DNA from: a virus
Lineage: Duplodnaviria; Caudoviricetes
IMG/VR virus record: IMGVR_UViG_3300031454_000007
Span: 1-49,573 of that record
DNA length: 49,573 nt
Strand: one strand, 5' to 3'
The notes beneath the pieces are model-generated. The model was not told where the DNA came from. It was given only the letters and a program-made list of their open reading frames with translations, and did no database searches. Of the stretch, positions 19,271 through 27,226 are shown piece by piece. Position 1 is the stretch's first letter. Each line of letters starts with the position of its first letter. The position numbers and the translations under genes were made by a program.

Positions 19271-19720
19271 GTGTACGCTTCAGTAACCGATCTCCGCGCA
19301 GCCCTGGACGAAAAAGCGCTCTTGACCCTGGTTGATGACGAGGGCGAGCGCTTAACCCCCACCGGCGAGCTGCGCGCCCGACAATCCGCCCGCGTTCTGA
19401 AAGCCGTGGAGGACGCCTCCGCCGAGGCCGACACTTACATTATTCAGCGCTACGACCTGCCGCTCCCCAGCACGCCCCTTGTACTGCGTGGCAAGGTCGT
19501 GGACATCGCCGTGTGGAACCTGTTCGCGCGCCGCGGCCTAGCCGAGGCTGACGAGATAGTCCGTGAGCGGTACAAAAACGCCATCCGCTGGCTCGAGCAA
19601 CTTGCCGCGCTTAAGGTCCTGCTACCTCTGCCGACGAGGGTTAGTGCTAATCCCGACGAGCTTACCGAGCTTAACGGGTATTCGTGGTCCGGCAGCGTTA
19701 GCACCATCATTAAGTATTAG
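19271..19720 (+). CDS. Head-tail adaptor, Mu gp36/DUF1320-like
   Basis: MYASVTDL...A..DASAEADTYI..RYDLPL...DIA.W.L...RYKNAIRWL. Confidence 0.88.
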   Translation: MYASVTDLRAALDEKALLTLVDDEGERLTPTGELRARQSARVLKAVEDASAEADTYIIQRYDLPLPSTPLVLRGKVVDIAVWNLFARRGLAEADEIVRERYKNAIRWLEQLAALKVLLPLPTRVSANPDELTELNGYSWSGSVSTIIKY

Positions 19721-19733
19721 GGAGGCTGTCAAA

Positions 19734-20219
19734 ATGGGCGTAAAAATGACCGGCGACCTCGGCGCTCTGACCCAGGCGCTGCAAAGGGCTTCGAGGCCCG
19801 ACATTAAAAACAAGCTTGGCAAACCTGTTGGAAAGGCGCTGGTCTCGAGTACCCGTGAGCGCTTTCAAACCTCGAAAGACCCCACGGGCAGACCGTGGAA
19901 ACCGCTGGCGACCGCAGCGGTCAAGCGCGGTCGAAAAAAGAACTACAAAAAATCCAAGGGGCCGGACAAAGGTGAATCCAAACGCCTCATCTTGGTGCAA
20001 ACCAGCCAGCTCAAAAACTCTATTGCCTCCGACGCGAGCGATACGCAGGTTGCGGTCGGCACCGACGTTGTCTACGCTCGCATCCACCAGTTTGGTGGGA
20101 GAGCCGGTCGTGGCAAGAGCGTCTTTATTCCTGCCCGCCCCTACCTGGGCATCTCAGACGGCGACCAGAGGGAGATTGAGGGGTTAGCTATAAAGTTTCT
20201 CGAGGAGCTGTTCCAATGA
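19734..20219 (+). CDS. Phage virion morphogenesis protein (Mu gpG/P2 gpS family)
   Basis: DPTGRPWKPL, VGTDVVYARIHQFGG, IPARPYLGIS; RBS GGGAGG. Confidence 0.9.
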   Translation: MGVKMTGDLGALTQALQRASRPDIKNKLGKPVGKALVSSTRERFQTSKDPTGRPWKPLATAAVKRGRKKNYKKSKGPDKGESKRLILVQTSQLKNSIASDASDTQVAVGTDVVYARIHQFGGRAGRGKSVFIPARPYLGISDGDQREIEGLAIKFLEELFQ

Positions 20220-20268
20220 CTTTCGTGCTAGCCACTATCTTGCTCATTGCTGGTGGCGAGGTGCCGCC

Positions 20269-20793
20269 GTGAACATCGCCGTAGTCATGGCCCACCTCGA
20301 GGCAGCAGCTAAAAGCCTCACGGCGAAACCAAGTGTTGAAAGGGGGGCGAGCGCCCTCGAGCGTATGAGCCACGGTACCTCCGTCACCATCTACCCGCTC
20401 GAGGGCGCTGCCCAGCGTAAGGGGGCGAAGGTAGCTCGCATTCCAGGGACGCCTCACGGTTTCCGTTACCTGCTCTTCCAGGGCCGGATGGATTACGCCG
20501 TGCGCTTCTCAGCGCGCGATGACGAGGAGCTTACGAGGATGCTCAAAGAGTTCCTCGAGTACCTCTTCGTCCACCGGCTGCACGACGCCGACGAGAACTA
20601 TATCGCCGTACCGGAAGGTGATTTTCGCCTCGCTTGGCACGACCCTCAAGGGGTATTGCTGGACGACCACACCCTCGAGTTGACTCTATCGGCCAGCACG
20701 GCGCTCTACAGCGACCGTGAGCGGCACCTTATCGACATCCACGTGACCCATAGCATTGCCACCTCTTTAGAAGGAGACGATTTAAATGGCTGA
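20269..20793 (+). CDS. Putative tail terminator/completion protein
   Basis: Position between the neck genes and the sheath; size. Confidence 0.55.
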   Translation: MNIAVVMAHLEAAAKSLTAKPSVERGASALERMSHGTSVTIYPLEGAAQRKGAKVARIPGTPHGFRYLLFQGRMDYAVRFSARDDEELTRMLKEFLEYLFVHRLHDADENYIAVPEGDFRLAWHDPQGVLLDDHTLELTLSASTALYSDRERHLIDIHVTHSIATSLEGDDLNG

Positions 20794-21049
20794 GAAACCT
20801 GAAAAGGCAGTAGAGGAAAAACCAGTAGAAAAGGTTGAGGTGCCCGTTGAGCTGACGAGCCCTCCAAGGGCCCCTGCGGGTAAAACCATCGAGACTTACG
20901 CCGAAGAACTCGGCACTGACCCCGCGATTTTTGCGGGGGTCAAGGCGAGAGAACGCTGGGCAGCTCAGCGTCACGTCACCAAGGCGACATACGAAAAGGC
21001 CGTGGACAAGTTCCTTAACGGTCCCACGGTACTGAAGGGTGGTGAGTAA
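20786..21049 (+). CDS. Small conserved-type phage protein upstream of the sheath
   Basis: RBS AAGGAG; IFAGVK...W...VTKATYEKAV. Confidence 0.6.
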   Translation: MAEKPEKAVEEKPVEKVEVPVELTSPPRAPAGKTIETYAEELGTDPAIFAGVKARERWAAQRHVTKATYEKAVDKFLNGPTVLKGGE

Positions 21050-22478
21050 CATCGCCAAGCTCCCAGGTGTATATACAAGTGTAGAAAATGGCGGTCTCGG
21101 CATGGTCGCCGACGCTGCCGACGGCCAGCGTGCCATCGTGGGCGTCTCGAGCCGGGGACCCTTCAACACCCCGCTGTCGTTTAGCGACCCCACCCAGGTC
21201 GTCGTCAAACTCGGCACCGGCCCGCTGGCGACGGCGCTGGTGTGGCAGCTCTCGAGGGCCGGGGGTACCGTCATCGGCGTGCGGAGCGCGGCGGACATCG
21301 CCGGGGCGATAGAGGCCGACGTCAACAATCCGGCGCAGGTGGTCGGGGTGGGTGGCGCACCGCTCGAGACTCTCGACCTGGTGGTCACCATCACCGATGA
21401 CGGCCTGGTCGGCGCGTCGGCGTTTACGTATTCGCTCGACGGGGGCGATACCGTATCGCAGCCCTTTGCGACCGCAGCTGTGTTCGAGATTCCCGGAACG
21501 GGCGTCACGCTCGCGTTCACCTCGCTCACCCCTTACGTGCTGGGCGCAACCTACCGTTACACCGTCTCGGCTCCCGAGGCGAACGTGGGCAACGTGCAGA
21601 CGGCAGTGCGGGCGCTTCTCGACACCACCATGCTGTTCGAGTACGTCCACGTCGCGCAGGGTGCCGACAACGGCGTCTGGGCCGTACTCGCTGCACTCCG
21701 CGAAGAAGCGGTCGCCAAGGGACGGCGCATCTTCATGATCGCCGAAACCGACCGCCCCGGCTCCGATCCGGACGTTTGGGTGCAGAACCTGCTGGCCCAG
21801 AAAGAACTCTTCTCTTCGGACTGGGTGCTTTTGTGTGCGGGCGCTATGGAGGTTGTGGACCCCATCACCGGGCAGCTCCGGGTGCAGAACATGGCGCACG
21901 AGCTGGGCTCACGGCTGAGCCGCTCGCGGGTCTCCGAAAACCCCGGCTGGGTGCAGCGCGGCCCCATCCAGGGCGCTCTCGTGGCCGCGCCCTTTAAGGA
22001 ATCCGAGTTCGGGAAGCAGCCACTGTACAACAACGGCCACGCGCTAACGCTCGACACGGCAGGGTTCACGACCATTTACCAGGTGCCGAACCGCTCGGGC
22101 TACTACTTTGTGGACGGGCGGATGTCGGCGGAGGCCACCTCGGACTTCAAAAGCGTCACCAACGTCCGAGTGCTGAACAAAGCCGTGACGCTGGTCGAGG
22201 CTGGTCTGGCTGACCACGTACAGGAGGCCGTCGATCCGCAAGAACTCGAGGTGTCGCTGGCCGCGCTGGTCGCAGACGCCGAGGCACCGCTGCGGCTAAT
22301 GGCGGCAAACCGGGACATCTCCGGCGGGCGCGTCATCATCCCAGCAGGTCAAGATGTCTTGAGTTCACGCACGCTGCTCGTGGACGTGCGGATTGTGCCC
22401 TACGGGCATCTTCGTGAGATAGGTTTACGAATCGGATTAGAAAATCCATATTTGTACCGTGAGGAGCTGGCGCGATGA
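21039..22478 (+). CDS. Tail sheath protein (DUF2586-like)
   Basis: LPGVYTSVENGGLG N-terminus, SDFKSVTNVRVLNKA, VRIVPYG; precedes the tube. Confidence 0.85.
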   Translation: MVSNIAKLPGVYTSVENGGLGMVADAADGQRAIVGVSSRGPFNTPLSFSDPTQVVVKLGTGPLATALVWQLSRAGGTVIGVRSAADIAGAIEADVNNPAQVVGVGGAPLETLDLVVTITDDGLVGASAFTYSLDGGDTVSQPFATAAVFEIPGTGVTLAFTSLTPYVLGATYRYTVSAPEANVGNVQTAVRALLDTTMLFEYVHVAQGADNGVWAVLAALREEAVAKGRRIFMIAETDRPGSDPDVWVQNLLAQKELFSSDWVLLCAGAMEVVDPITGQLRVQNMAHELGSRLSRSRVSENPGWVQRGPIQGALVAAPFKESEFGKQPLYNNGHALTLDTAGFTTIYQVPNRSGYYFVDGRMSAEATSDFKSVTNVRVLNKAVTLVEAGLADHVQEAVDPQELEVSLAALVADAEAPLRLMAANRDISGGRVIIPAGQDVLSSRTLLVDVRIVPYGHLREIGLRIGLENPYLYREELAR

Positions 22479-22510
22479 TTAACGGGGTGTCAACTGGCTT
22501 GAGGGGATAG
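22475..22510 (+). pseudogene. Relic original 5' end of the tail tube gene (ATG ATT AAC GGG = MING)
   Basis: GAGGAG RBS and ATGA coupling to the sheath; MING aligns with IINSKRYAWED at the functional tube start. Confidence 0.65.
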
Positions 22511-23195
22511 AGGGGTCAAACTCCCAGGGAAACTTGGTGAACTTGGCTTGGTTGCAGGGGCGGCACGCTGCCACGATGTTGGTCGGCCAGTTGCTGCCGC
22601 CACGGGTGATGGGGATGTAGTGGTCCACCTGAAAGGTGTTGTCTAGCTCGCGGTGGCAGTAGTAGCAGAGACCGTCCTGAAGCTCGAAAATGTCAAGCAC
22701 GTCTCGGGCGGTGTAATAACCCTCTGCGCCCTTCTCTTCCGCATAGCGTTTGTACCACTGGGCGCTGTTGGAAGCCTTCAGCATCGCCTTGACTTCAGGG
22801 CGCTGCACGTACTCTTTAAGCCAAGCTTGCCCCTTGGGGGAGTAGCGAAAGGCCCGACCCCTCTCACGGCTTTTCATCGTCGCGTCCGGGTCGTTTCGGT
22901 AGCGCTCTCTCGCAAGGGCAGCATTTTTGGCGCGACTTGCGGGGTTGGCGTAAAGGCGGTGGTATTTCTCCATGGCCCTTTGGCGTTCCCGCTCGAGCAG
23001 ACCGGGGTCGGCTTTAATCGCTTCTTGCTTCGCCTTTCGCTTAGCAACCTGCTCGGGCCGAGCGTTGCGCTCGGCGTGGCACGCCTTACAGGTGTACTGC
23101 AAACCATCGGGCCTGCTGCCACGCCTATTGAACGCCTCCAGGGGCTTTTCCCGGTTACAAGTTGAGCACCGTTTTAAGAGAATAGAATTAGTCAT
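22479..23195 (-). CDS. HNH homing-type endonuclease with an N-terminal zinc finger
   Basis: CSTC...CKAC; CYYC...VDHYIPITRGGSN...ACRPCNQAK; ATG 23195 with RBS GGAGG. Confidence 0.9.
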   Translation of the reverse strand: MTNSILLKRCSTCNREKPLEAFNRRGSRPDGLQYTCKACHAERNARPEQVAKRKAKQEAIKADPGLLERERQRAMEKYHRLYANPASRAKNAALARERYRNDPDATMKSRERGRAFRYSPKGQAWLKEYVQRPEVKAMLKASNSAQWYKRYAEEKGAEGYYTARDVLDIFELQDGLCYYCHRELDNTFQVDHYIPITRGGSNWPTNIVAACRPCNQAKFTKFPWEFDPSIPSSQLTPR

Positions 23196-23258
23196 GCTGT
23201 GGAACCTCCAGTTCCGTAGTGCCCTTGGGGACGGCAATCCCGCGAAGGGCTTTCTCTA

Positions 23259-23267
23259 ATTCTACCA
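23259..23267 (-). promoter_or_regulatory. Putative extended -10 promoter (TGgTAGAAT) for the HNH gene, followed by a leader hairpin at 23221-23250
   Basis: Sequence motif and GCCCTT/AAGGGC stem. Confidence 0.5.
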
Positions 23268-23281
23268 CCCAAAGAAAGGGC

Positions 23282-23728
23282 GTGGTTCCAATAATAAATT
23301 CTAAGCGGTACGCTTGGGAAGACGTAACCATCAACATTGCCTCCGGGGTCGCCATCGACATCGAGAGCATCACCTACAAAGACGCGCGAGCAACCCGGCG
23401 CGTCTTTGGCAAGGGCTCACGCGCTCGAGGCTACAGCCAGGGCAATTACACCGCCTCCGGGACTGCCGTCCTGCGCCGCGAGGAGTTCGAGAAACTAAAC
23501 AACCGCGCCGGGGGGCAGGGTCTCTACGGTATGAAACCGTTTACCATCACCGTCTCCTACGCTAACGATGAGGAGCCGACCACTACGGACGTGCTCCAGT
23601 CGTGCAAATGGACGGAGCGCGACACCGGGGCCAAACAGGACGACGAGAGCATCAACGTCACCGTGAACTTTGAAGTGCTCGACGACATCAAATACGGTAA
23701 TAAGCCCAGCTTTATCGACAAACCTTAA
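23282..23728 (+). CDS. Tail tube protein (start GTG 23282 or non-canonical ATA 23291)
   Basis: KRYAWEDVTI...VFGKGSRARGYSQGNY...FTITVSY; lies between sheath and chaperone. Confidence 0.85.
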   Translation: MVPIINSKRYAWEDVTINIASGVAIDIESITYKDARATRRVFGKGSRARGYSQGNYTASGTAVLRREEFEKLNNRAGGQGLYGMKPFTITVSYANDEEPTTTDVLQSCKWTERDTGAKQDDESINVTVNFEVLDDIKYGNKPSFIDKP

Positions 23729-23739
23729 AGGAGTAGAGC

Positions 23740-24021
23740 GTGGATAAAAGCGAAGCACCGGCAGCCAAAGCCGTTCACACCATCAACCTCGAGCAGGGCA
23801 CCTTCCGGTTTCGCAAACCGACCACGCCCGAACTGGACCGCTACCTGAGCAAGGTGTCGAGCAAACCGGCCTCGATGGGTAAGACGTTTAGCCTCGAGCT
23901 GGTCGTAGCCGACGACCGCGAGGCGTGGACGGCAGCGCTCGAGCAGCGTCCTGGCCTCTCGACGGCGGCGGTCCAGCAGATCATGCAGGACCTCGGTTTT
24001 TTGGGGGACTACGACAGCTAG
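23740..24021 (+). CDS. Tail assembly chaperone (gpG-like)
   Basis: RBS AAGGAG; follows the tube; FRFRKPT motif. Confidence 0.8.
   Translation: MDKSEAPAAKAVHTINLEQGTFRFRKPTTPELDRYLSKVSSKPASMGKTFSLELVVADDREAWTAALEQRPGLSTAAVQQIMQDLGFLGDYDS
23997..24003 (+). other. -1 programmed frameshift slippery site T TTT TTG extending the chaperone to the stop at 24167 (gpGT-like)
   Basis: X XXY YYZ heptamer in the correct phase; the -1 frame stays open to 24167. Confidence 0.75.
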
Positions 24022-24198
24022 ACGACGACCTGACCGAGTTTGAAAAGCAGGCCGCCATGATAATGCACTACCTCCACATCCCGCCGAGCGACGATGTGGA
24101 GGTGTTTTTTAAGCAGGCTGGGATGGCGGTGTGGATGGAAAAACGGCTGAATCCGAAGGAGGATTAAAGGAAAAGTGAAGGGTTTACAAAGGATTAGT

Positions 24199-24402
24199 TT
24201 AAGTCAGACGTTTTGTCAACAGTTCGCCGATAGCTCTAGCCTTTGACCTTCCCTCTTGAGCCTGCAAAATGTCGTGTACCCATTGAGGGGCGGTGATGCG
24301 GTACGCGGCTGTGACCTGATCGCCCTTGAGCGGCTTGACCCCCAGCGCCTCGAGCGCCCGCCCATCACCCTTAGTCAACCCCCGGAAGCGGCCTTCACTC
24401 AT
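24199..24402 (-). CDS. Small protein, possibly RHH-like DNA-binding
   Basis: Third gene of a leftward three-gene unit; start uncertain. Confidence 0.5.
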   Translation of the reverse strand: MSEGRFRGLTKGDGRALEALGVKPLKGDQVTAAYRITAPQWVHDILQAQEGRSKARAIGELLTKRLT

Positions 24403-24646
24403 CATCGTCCTGTGTGGCGTCGTCAACATCATGCAACAGATCGTTTGTCGAGGTGGCGTGCACCATCAGGGTCGTCACCATAACGTGCATGTCAGCCATA
24501 ACGTCCTGATAGTCGTCGCTCTCGGGTGGTAGCACCTCGAGTCTTTTCAGGTTATCGAGATAAGTTTGGGCGTCGTCCGCTAACTCGTGCAAGCTGGTGG
24601 AGACCGCCCCTTGAAGGGCGTGGTGTCGTTCCGCTGTTGTGCTCAC
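24395..24646 (-). CDS. Acidic 83-aa hypothetical protein
   Basis: RBS GGAGG; GTGA coupling. Confidence 0.65.
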   Translation of the reverse strand: MSTTAERHHALQGAVSTSLHELADDAQTYLDNLKRLEVLPPESDDYQDVMADMHVMVTTLMVHATSTNDLLHDVDDATQDDDE

Positions 24647-24840
24647 TTTTTACCTCCCGGTAACTTTTTGGCAACTTTGGCAATCTCGCCCCGGAACACC
24701 CCCAAGTCTTTTTCCCATTTGGCGATGCGCTCGAAGTTAGGTTGGATTTTGGCGAGTTCGTCCGCGATTTTCTGCTCGTGCTTCACAACTTGCTGGGTGA
24801 AACCTTCAATCTTTTTGCGGAGGTGCTTGTTCTCGCCCAT
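24643..24840 (-). CDS. Basic 65-aa coiled-coil protein, probably leaderless
   Basis: TTGACT-17-TAATAT ends 5 nt before the ATG. Confidence 0.65.
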   Translation of the reverse strand: MGENKHLRKKIEGFTQQVVKHEQKIADELAKIQPNFERIAKWEKDLGVFRGEIAKVAKKLPGGKK

Positions 24841-24871
24841 GACTTATATTATCACATTTTTGCTAAAGAGT

Positions 24872-24887
24872 CAACGTGTACACGTTG
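24872..24887. promoter_or_regulatory. Perfect palindrome CAACGTGTACACGTTG (putative operator) overlapping the -35
   Basis: Read directly. Confidence 0.6.
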
Positions 24888-24980
24888 TCAAGCTGTTAGG
24901 GCGTGCGATAAGGAACGGAGACGATAATGCGTAAATCCAAGAAAGCGGAGGGGTTGGGATGGATAGCAGCTAGTTAAAGT

Positions 24981-25133
24981 CTATCTTCTAAAAAACCTTG
25001 CAGCGATCAAGATGATACCGACCACAATAATGACGAAGCCTACAGCTTTGATTAGCTTCCAAGCAACGTAAAGACCTGCAAGTAGAATGATCACGCCGAT
25101 AAGAGTGCTTACAGTTTTGCTGTTCATTCCCAT
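24981..25133 (-). CDS. 50-aa two-TM membrane protein (not in the ORF track), probably leaderless
   Basis: MGMNSKTVSTLIGVIILLAGLYVAWKLIKAVGFVIIVVGIILIAARFFRR; TATAGT lies 7 nt before the ATG. Confidence 0.65.
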   Translation of the reverse strand: MGMNSKTVSTLIGVIILLAGLYVAWKLIKAVGFVIIVVGIILIAARFFRR

Positions 25134-25193
25134 AGCCCACACTATAAGCGCCCACTGTTCAGGCGGGCGCTAGGAGGTTGAGATGGATACGTC

Positions 25194-25442
25194 TTAGCTT
25201 ACGAATATCTCAGGCTTGTATTGAGAGGGGTCGGCTATAACATTTGGGATGTTCAGCGTGCCGCCTTGAGCCATGAGTCTGTCTAAAAACTCTTTGCCGT
25301 TCAAAATCTCGATACCCAGCACATTGTTATCAGCATCAAGATCAATATAGGTGTTGACATCCACCTCGAGGGTTAGGGCGTGTTCGCCCTCTGCCATCTC
25401 GATATAGAGGACGTTAATCTCAGGATGCGCCTGTATTTTCAT
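25194..25442 (-). CDS. DUF2283-like protein (putative antitoxin)
   Basis: MKI...INVLYIE...IDLDADNNVLGIEILN. Confidence 0.8.
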   Translation of the reverse strand: MKIQAHPEINVLYIEMAEGEHALTLEVDVNTYIDLDADNNVLGIEILNGKEFLDRLMAQGGTLNIPNVIADPSQYKPEIFVS

Positions 25443-25450
25443 TTCTACCC

Positions 25451-25687
25451 TCACTTTCCAATCCGAATGGCGGTGATGACGTAAGCGTTGGTTTTGCCTG
25501 TCTCTATAAAGACTACACGCAAAAGCGCCCCAGTTTGTGTAATAACCTCGCAAACTTGCTTGCCCTCATTCTCATAAAAGTGCGCTTGGGGGTCATTAAG
25601 TGCGCGCTTAACCTGATTCTCTGAAATGTGCCGTTTACGCATCTGTCCACTAGCATGAGGGTGAAAAGTGACCAAATCATAAGGCAC
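25451..25687 (-). CDS. DUF4258-like RelE-fold putative RNase toxin
   Basis: FHPHA..QMRKRHISE..V..AL...LRVVF...VITA. Confidence 0.78.
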   Translation of the reverse strand: MPYDLVTFHPHASGQMRKRHISENQVKRALNDPQAHFYENEGKQVCEVITQTGALLRVVFIETGKTNAYVITAIRIGK

Positions 25688-25689
25688 GG

Positions 25690-25932
25690 TTAGTTATCTG
25701 GCGTGTACTTAATCAGATCAGCCACTTGGACGTTCTGCCCTGTGAGTTCCCGAAGGCCGTCAAGAACAAACGCCAGCGTCCCAAGATCGACCCGCGAAAC
25801 GTCGCCACCTTTACGGACTAGGCCGTAGACGGTAGCGGTTGAAGCATGTTGCTCTACAACTTTCGCTAGACGATAGGGGGTTATGTCGTGCTGCTCCATA
25901 TACTCGGTTAGAGCCCATTTAGCAACACCCAT
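25690..25932 (-). CDS. Cro/C1-type HTH regulator, probably leaderless
   Basis: ITPYRLAK...TATVYGLV...RVDLGTL...VADLIKY; TAGCAT lies 7 nt before ATG 25932. Confidence 0.8.
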   Translation of the reverse strand: MGVAKWALTEYMEQHDITPYRLAKVVEQHASTATVYGLVRKGGDVSRVDLGTLAFVLDGLRELTGQNVQVADLIKYTPDN

Positions 25933-25998
25933 AACGGGGATGCTACCACGCACGTTGTTTGCTTCTAAAAGGGTCGTGCTTGAAACATTCATGCCTAG

Positions 25999-26073
25999 AT
26001 ACTATCACAATACACAGTGGTATTGCAATACATAGCGTATGTGTTGACATAGTAGTGTGTATTGTGATAGTAT
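25999..26073. promoter_or_regulatory. Divergent promoter/operator region: 18-bp perfect inverted repeat, 12-bp palindrome, TTGACA-18-TAGTAT
   Basis: ATACTATCACAATACACA (25999-26016) and its complement (26056-26073); GTATTGCAATAC (26020-26031). Confidence 0.75.
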
Positions 26074-26135
26074 AAGGAACCGAAAGGGCGAGCGCCCTAG
26101 ACAAGCAAAGCGCCCTTTCGGAATCACTAAGTGAG

Positions 26136-26492
26136 GTGACTGGAATGATTGTAGCACCGCAAGCCCTTAATGAAGTTAAGACTCAAGTAGTAGTACCCGC
26201 CCCGAAGCAGACCAAACTCTTAGGCGCGACTGTAAAAGGCGTCGGGCTCATCACCACCGTCGGCGTTCAGAACGTCTGGCGATGGGCGCTTATCGAGCGG
26301 CCCGACGGCAGCGAGACGCACGTTTTCCTTGCTGACCTCCGCAAAGATAACGTGACCTTTCCGAGCGAGCCGCAGGAATATGTGCAGATGACGCGCCGCG
26401 TTGGGTACGGACTCTTTGAGGACGTGTACCAACTCAAGTCAATTGAGTTCAGCGATCTCACCCACGTTGACACCGAAGAGAGGGCTGCATGA
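26136..26492 (+). CDS. Hypothetical protein
   Basis: First gene after the promoter; RBS GAGGTG; the true start may be a downstream ATG. Confidence 0.65.
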   Translation: MTGMIVAPQALNEVKTQVVVPAPKQTKLLGATVKGVGLITTVGVQNVWRWALIERPDGSETHVFLADLRKDNVTFPSEPQEYVQMTRRVGYGLFEDVYQLKSIEFSDLTHVDTEERAA

Positions 26493-27130
26493 GCAGCCCT
26501 AAACGCACCCTGACGGATGTGAGGCGCACCGAGACGGCAATCTACTTGACGATTCGCAGCCCTGACCACGACATTCTTGAAACCGTGTGGCTCGGGATAA
26601 ACGGTAACAGGGAGGGGTTTCCGTATGAACTCGTGCGAATCAGTTACTCGCTTGACGCACCAGACGACGAACCTGCTGACGTTTGGTTGACTTGCCAAGA
26701 CAGCAAAGGTGAGAAGCGCATCCTTTCATTCCAAATTGAGGACACGAGGCGCGTACTTCCTCAGCTTGCGCCCATTCGGTACAACATCTTTACGGGCATC
26801 GGGTACGCCGACGATCACATCAGAGTCGAGTTTATCCGCGTTGACGGTGTGCCTGCCACGTTCACTATCGGCACCGTAGGCGACCACCACGAGTACACCC
26901 TAGAGACCTTGATAGCTACGGTACACGGCGACTACACAGGTTTTCCGCTTCGCTCTTACGAATTGGTTGACCGTGCGGGCAAAAAGTTAGTGTTTCAAAT
27001 GCTTGTCCCGGCTGACAAGCTAGAGCTGTTCATTGCCAATCAACACGCCTACTTTCAGGCGTTGGAAAAACAACACAGCCCAAAGCATGAGGCCGCCGAC
27101 TCCCCCAACGTTTTGCAGCAAGCGGCCTAG
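26489..27130 (+). CDS. Hypothetical protein
   Basis: ATGA coupling; 213 aa. Confidence 0.65.
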   Translation: MSSPKRTLTDVRRTETAIYLTIRSPDHDILETVWLGINGNREGFPYELVRISYSLDAPDDEPADVWLTCQDSKGEKRILSFQIEDTRRVLPQLAPIRYNIFTGIGYADDHIRVEFIRVDGVPATFTIGTVGDHHEYTLETLIATVHGDYTGFPLRSYELVDRAGKKLVFQMLVPADKLELFIANQHAYFQALEKQHSPKHEAADSPNVLQQAA

Positions 27131-27148
27131 CCCAGTGACTAAAAGTAC

Positions 27149-27176
27149 AGCCCCTTCATTTCTGAGGGGGCTTTTT
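27149..27176 (+). terminator. Rho-independent terminator
   Basis: AGCCCCTTCA-TTTC-TGAGGGGGCT-TTTT. Confidence 0.75.
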
Positions 27177-27226
27177 CTAGGGGTGCGCCGTTGCCCGTGC
27201 CGCCCCTTGCCTCTAAGGAGACAAAG

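Noticed and set aside
11300-22339. Many long antisense and alternate-frame ORFs (e.g. 11458-12405, 16953-18104, 21015-21899)
   Set aside because: Shadow ORFs expected in high-GC coding DNA; no RBS or recognisable motifs
22479-23290. Group I intron or intein in the tail tube gene
   Set aside because: The HNH ORF is antisense and fills nearly the whole insert; under 100 nt remain, too little for a ribozyme core, and the plus frame has stops
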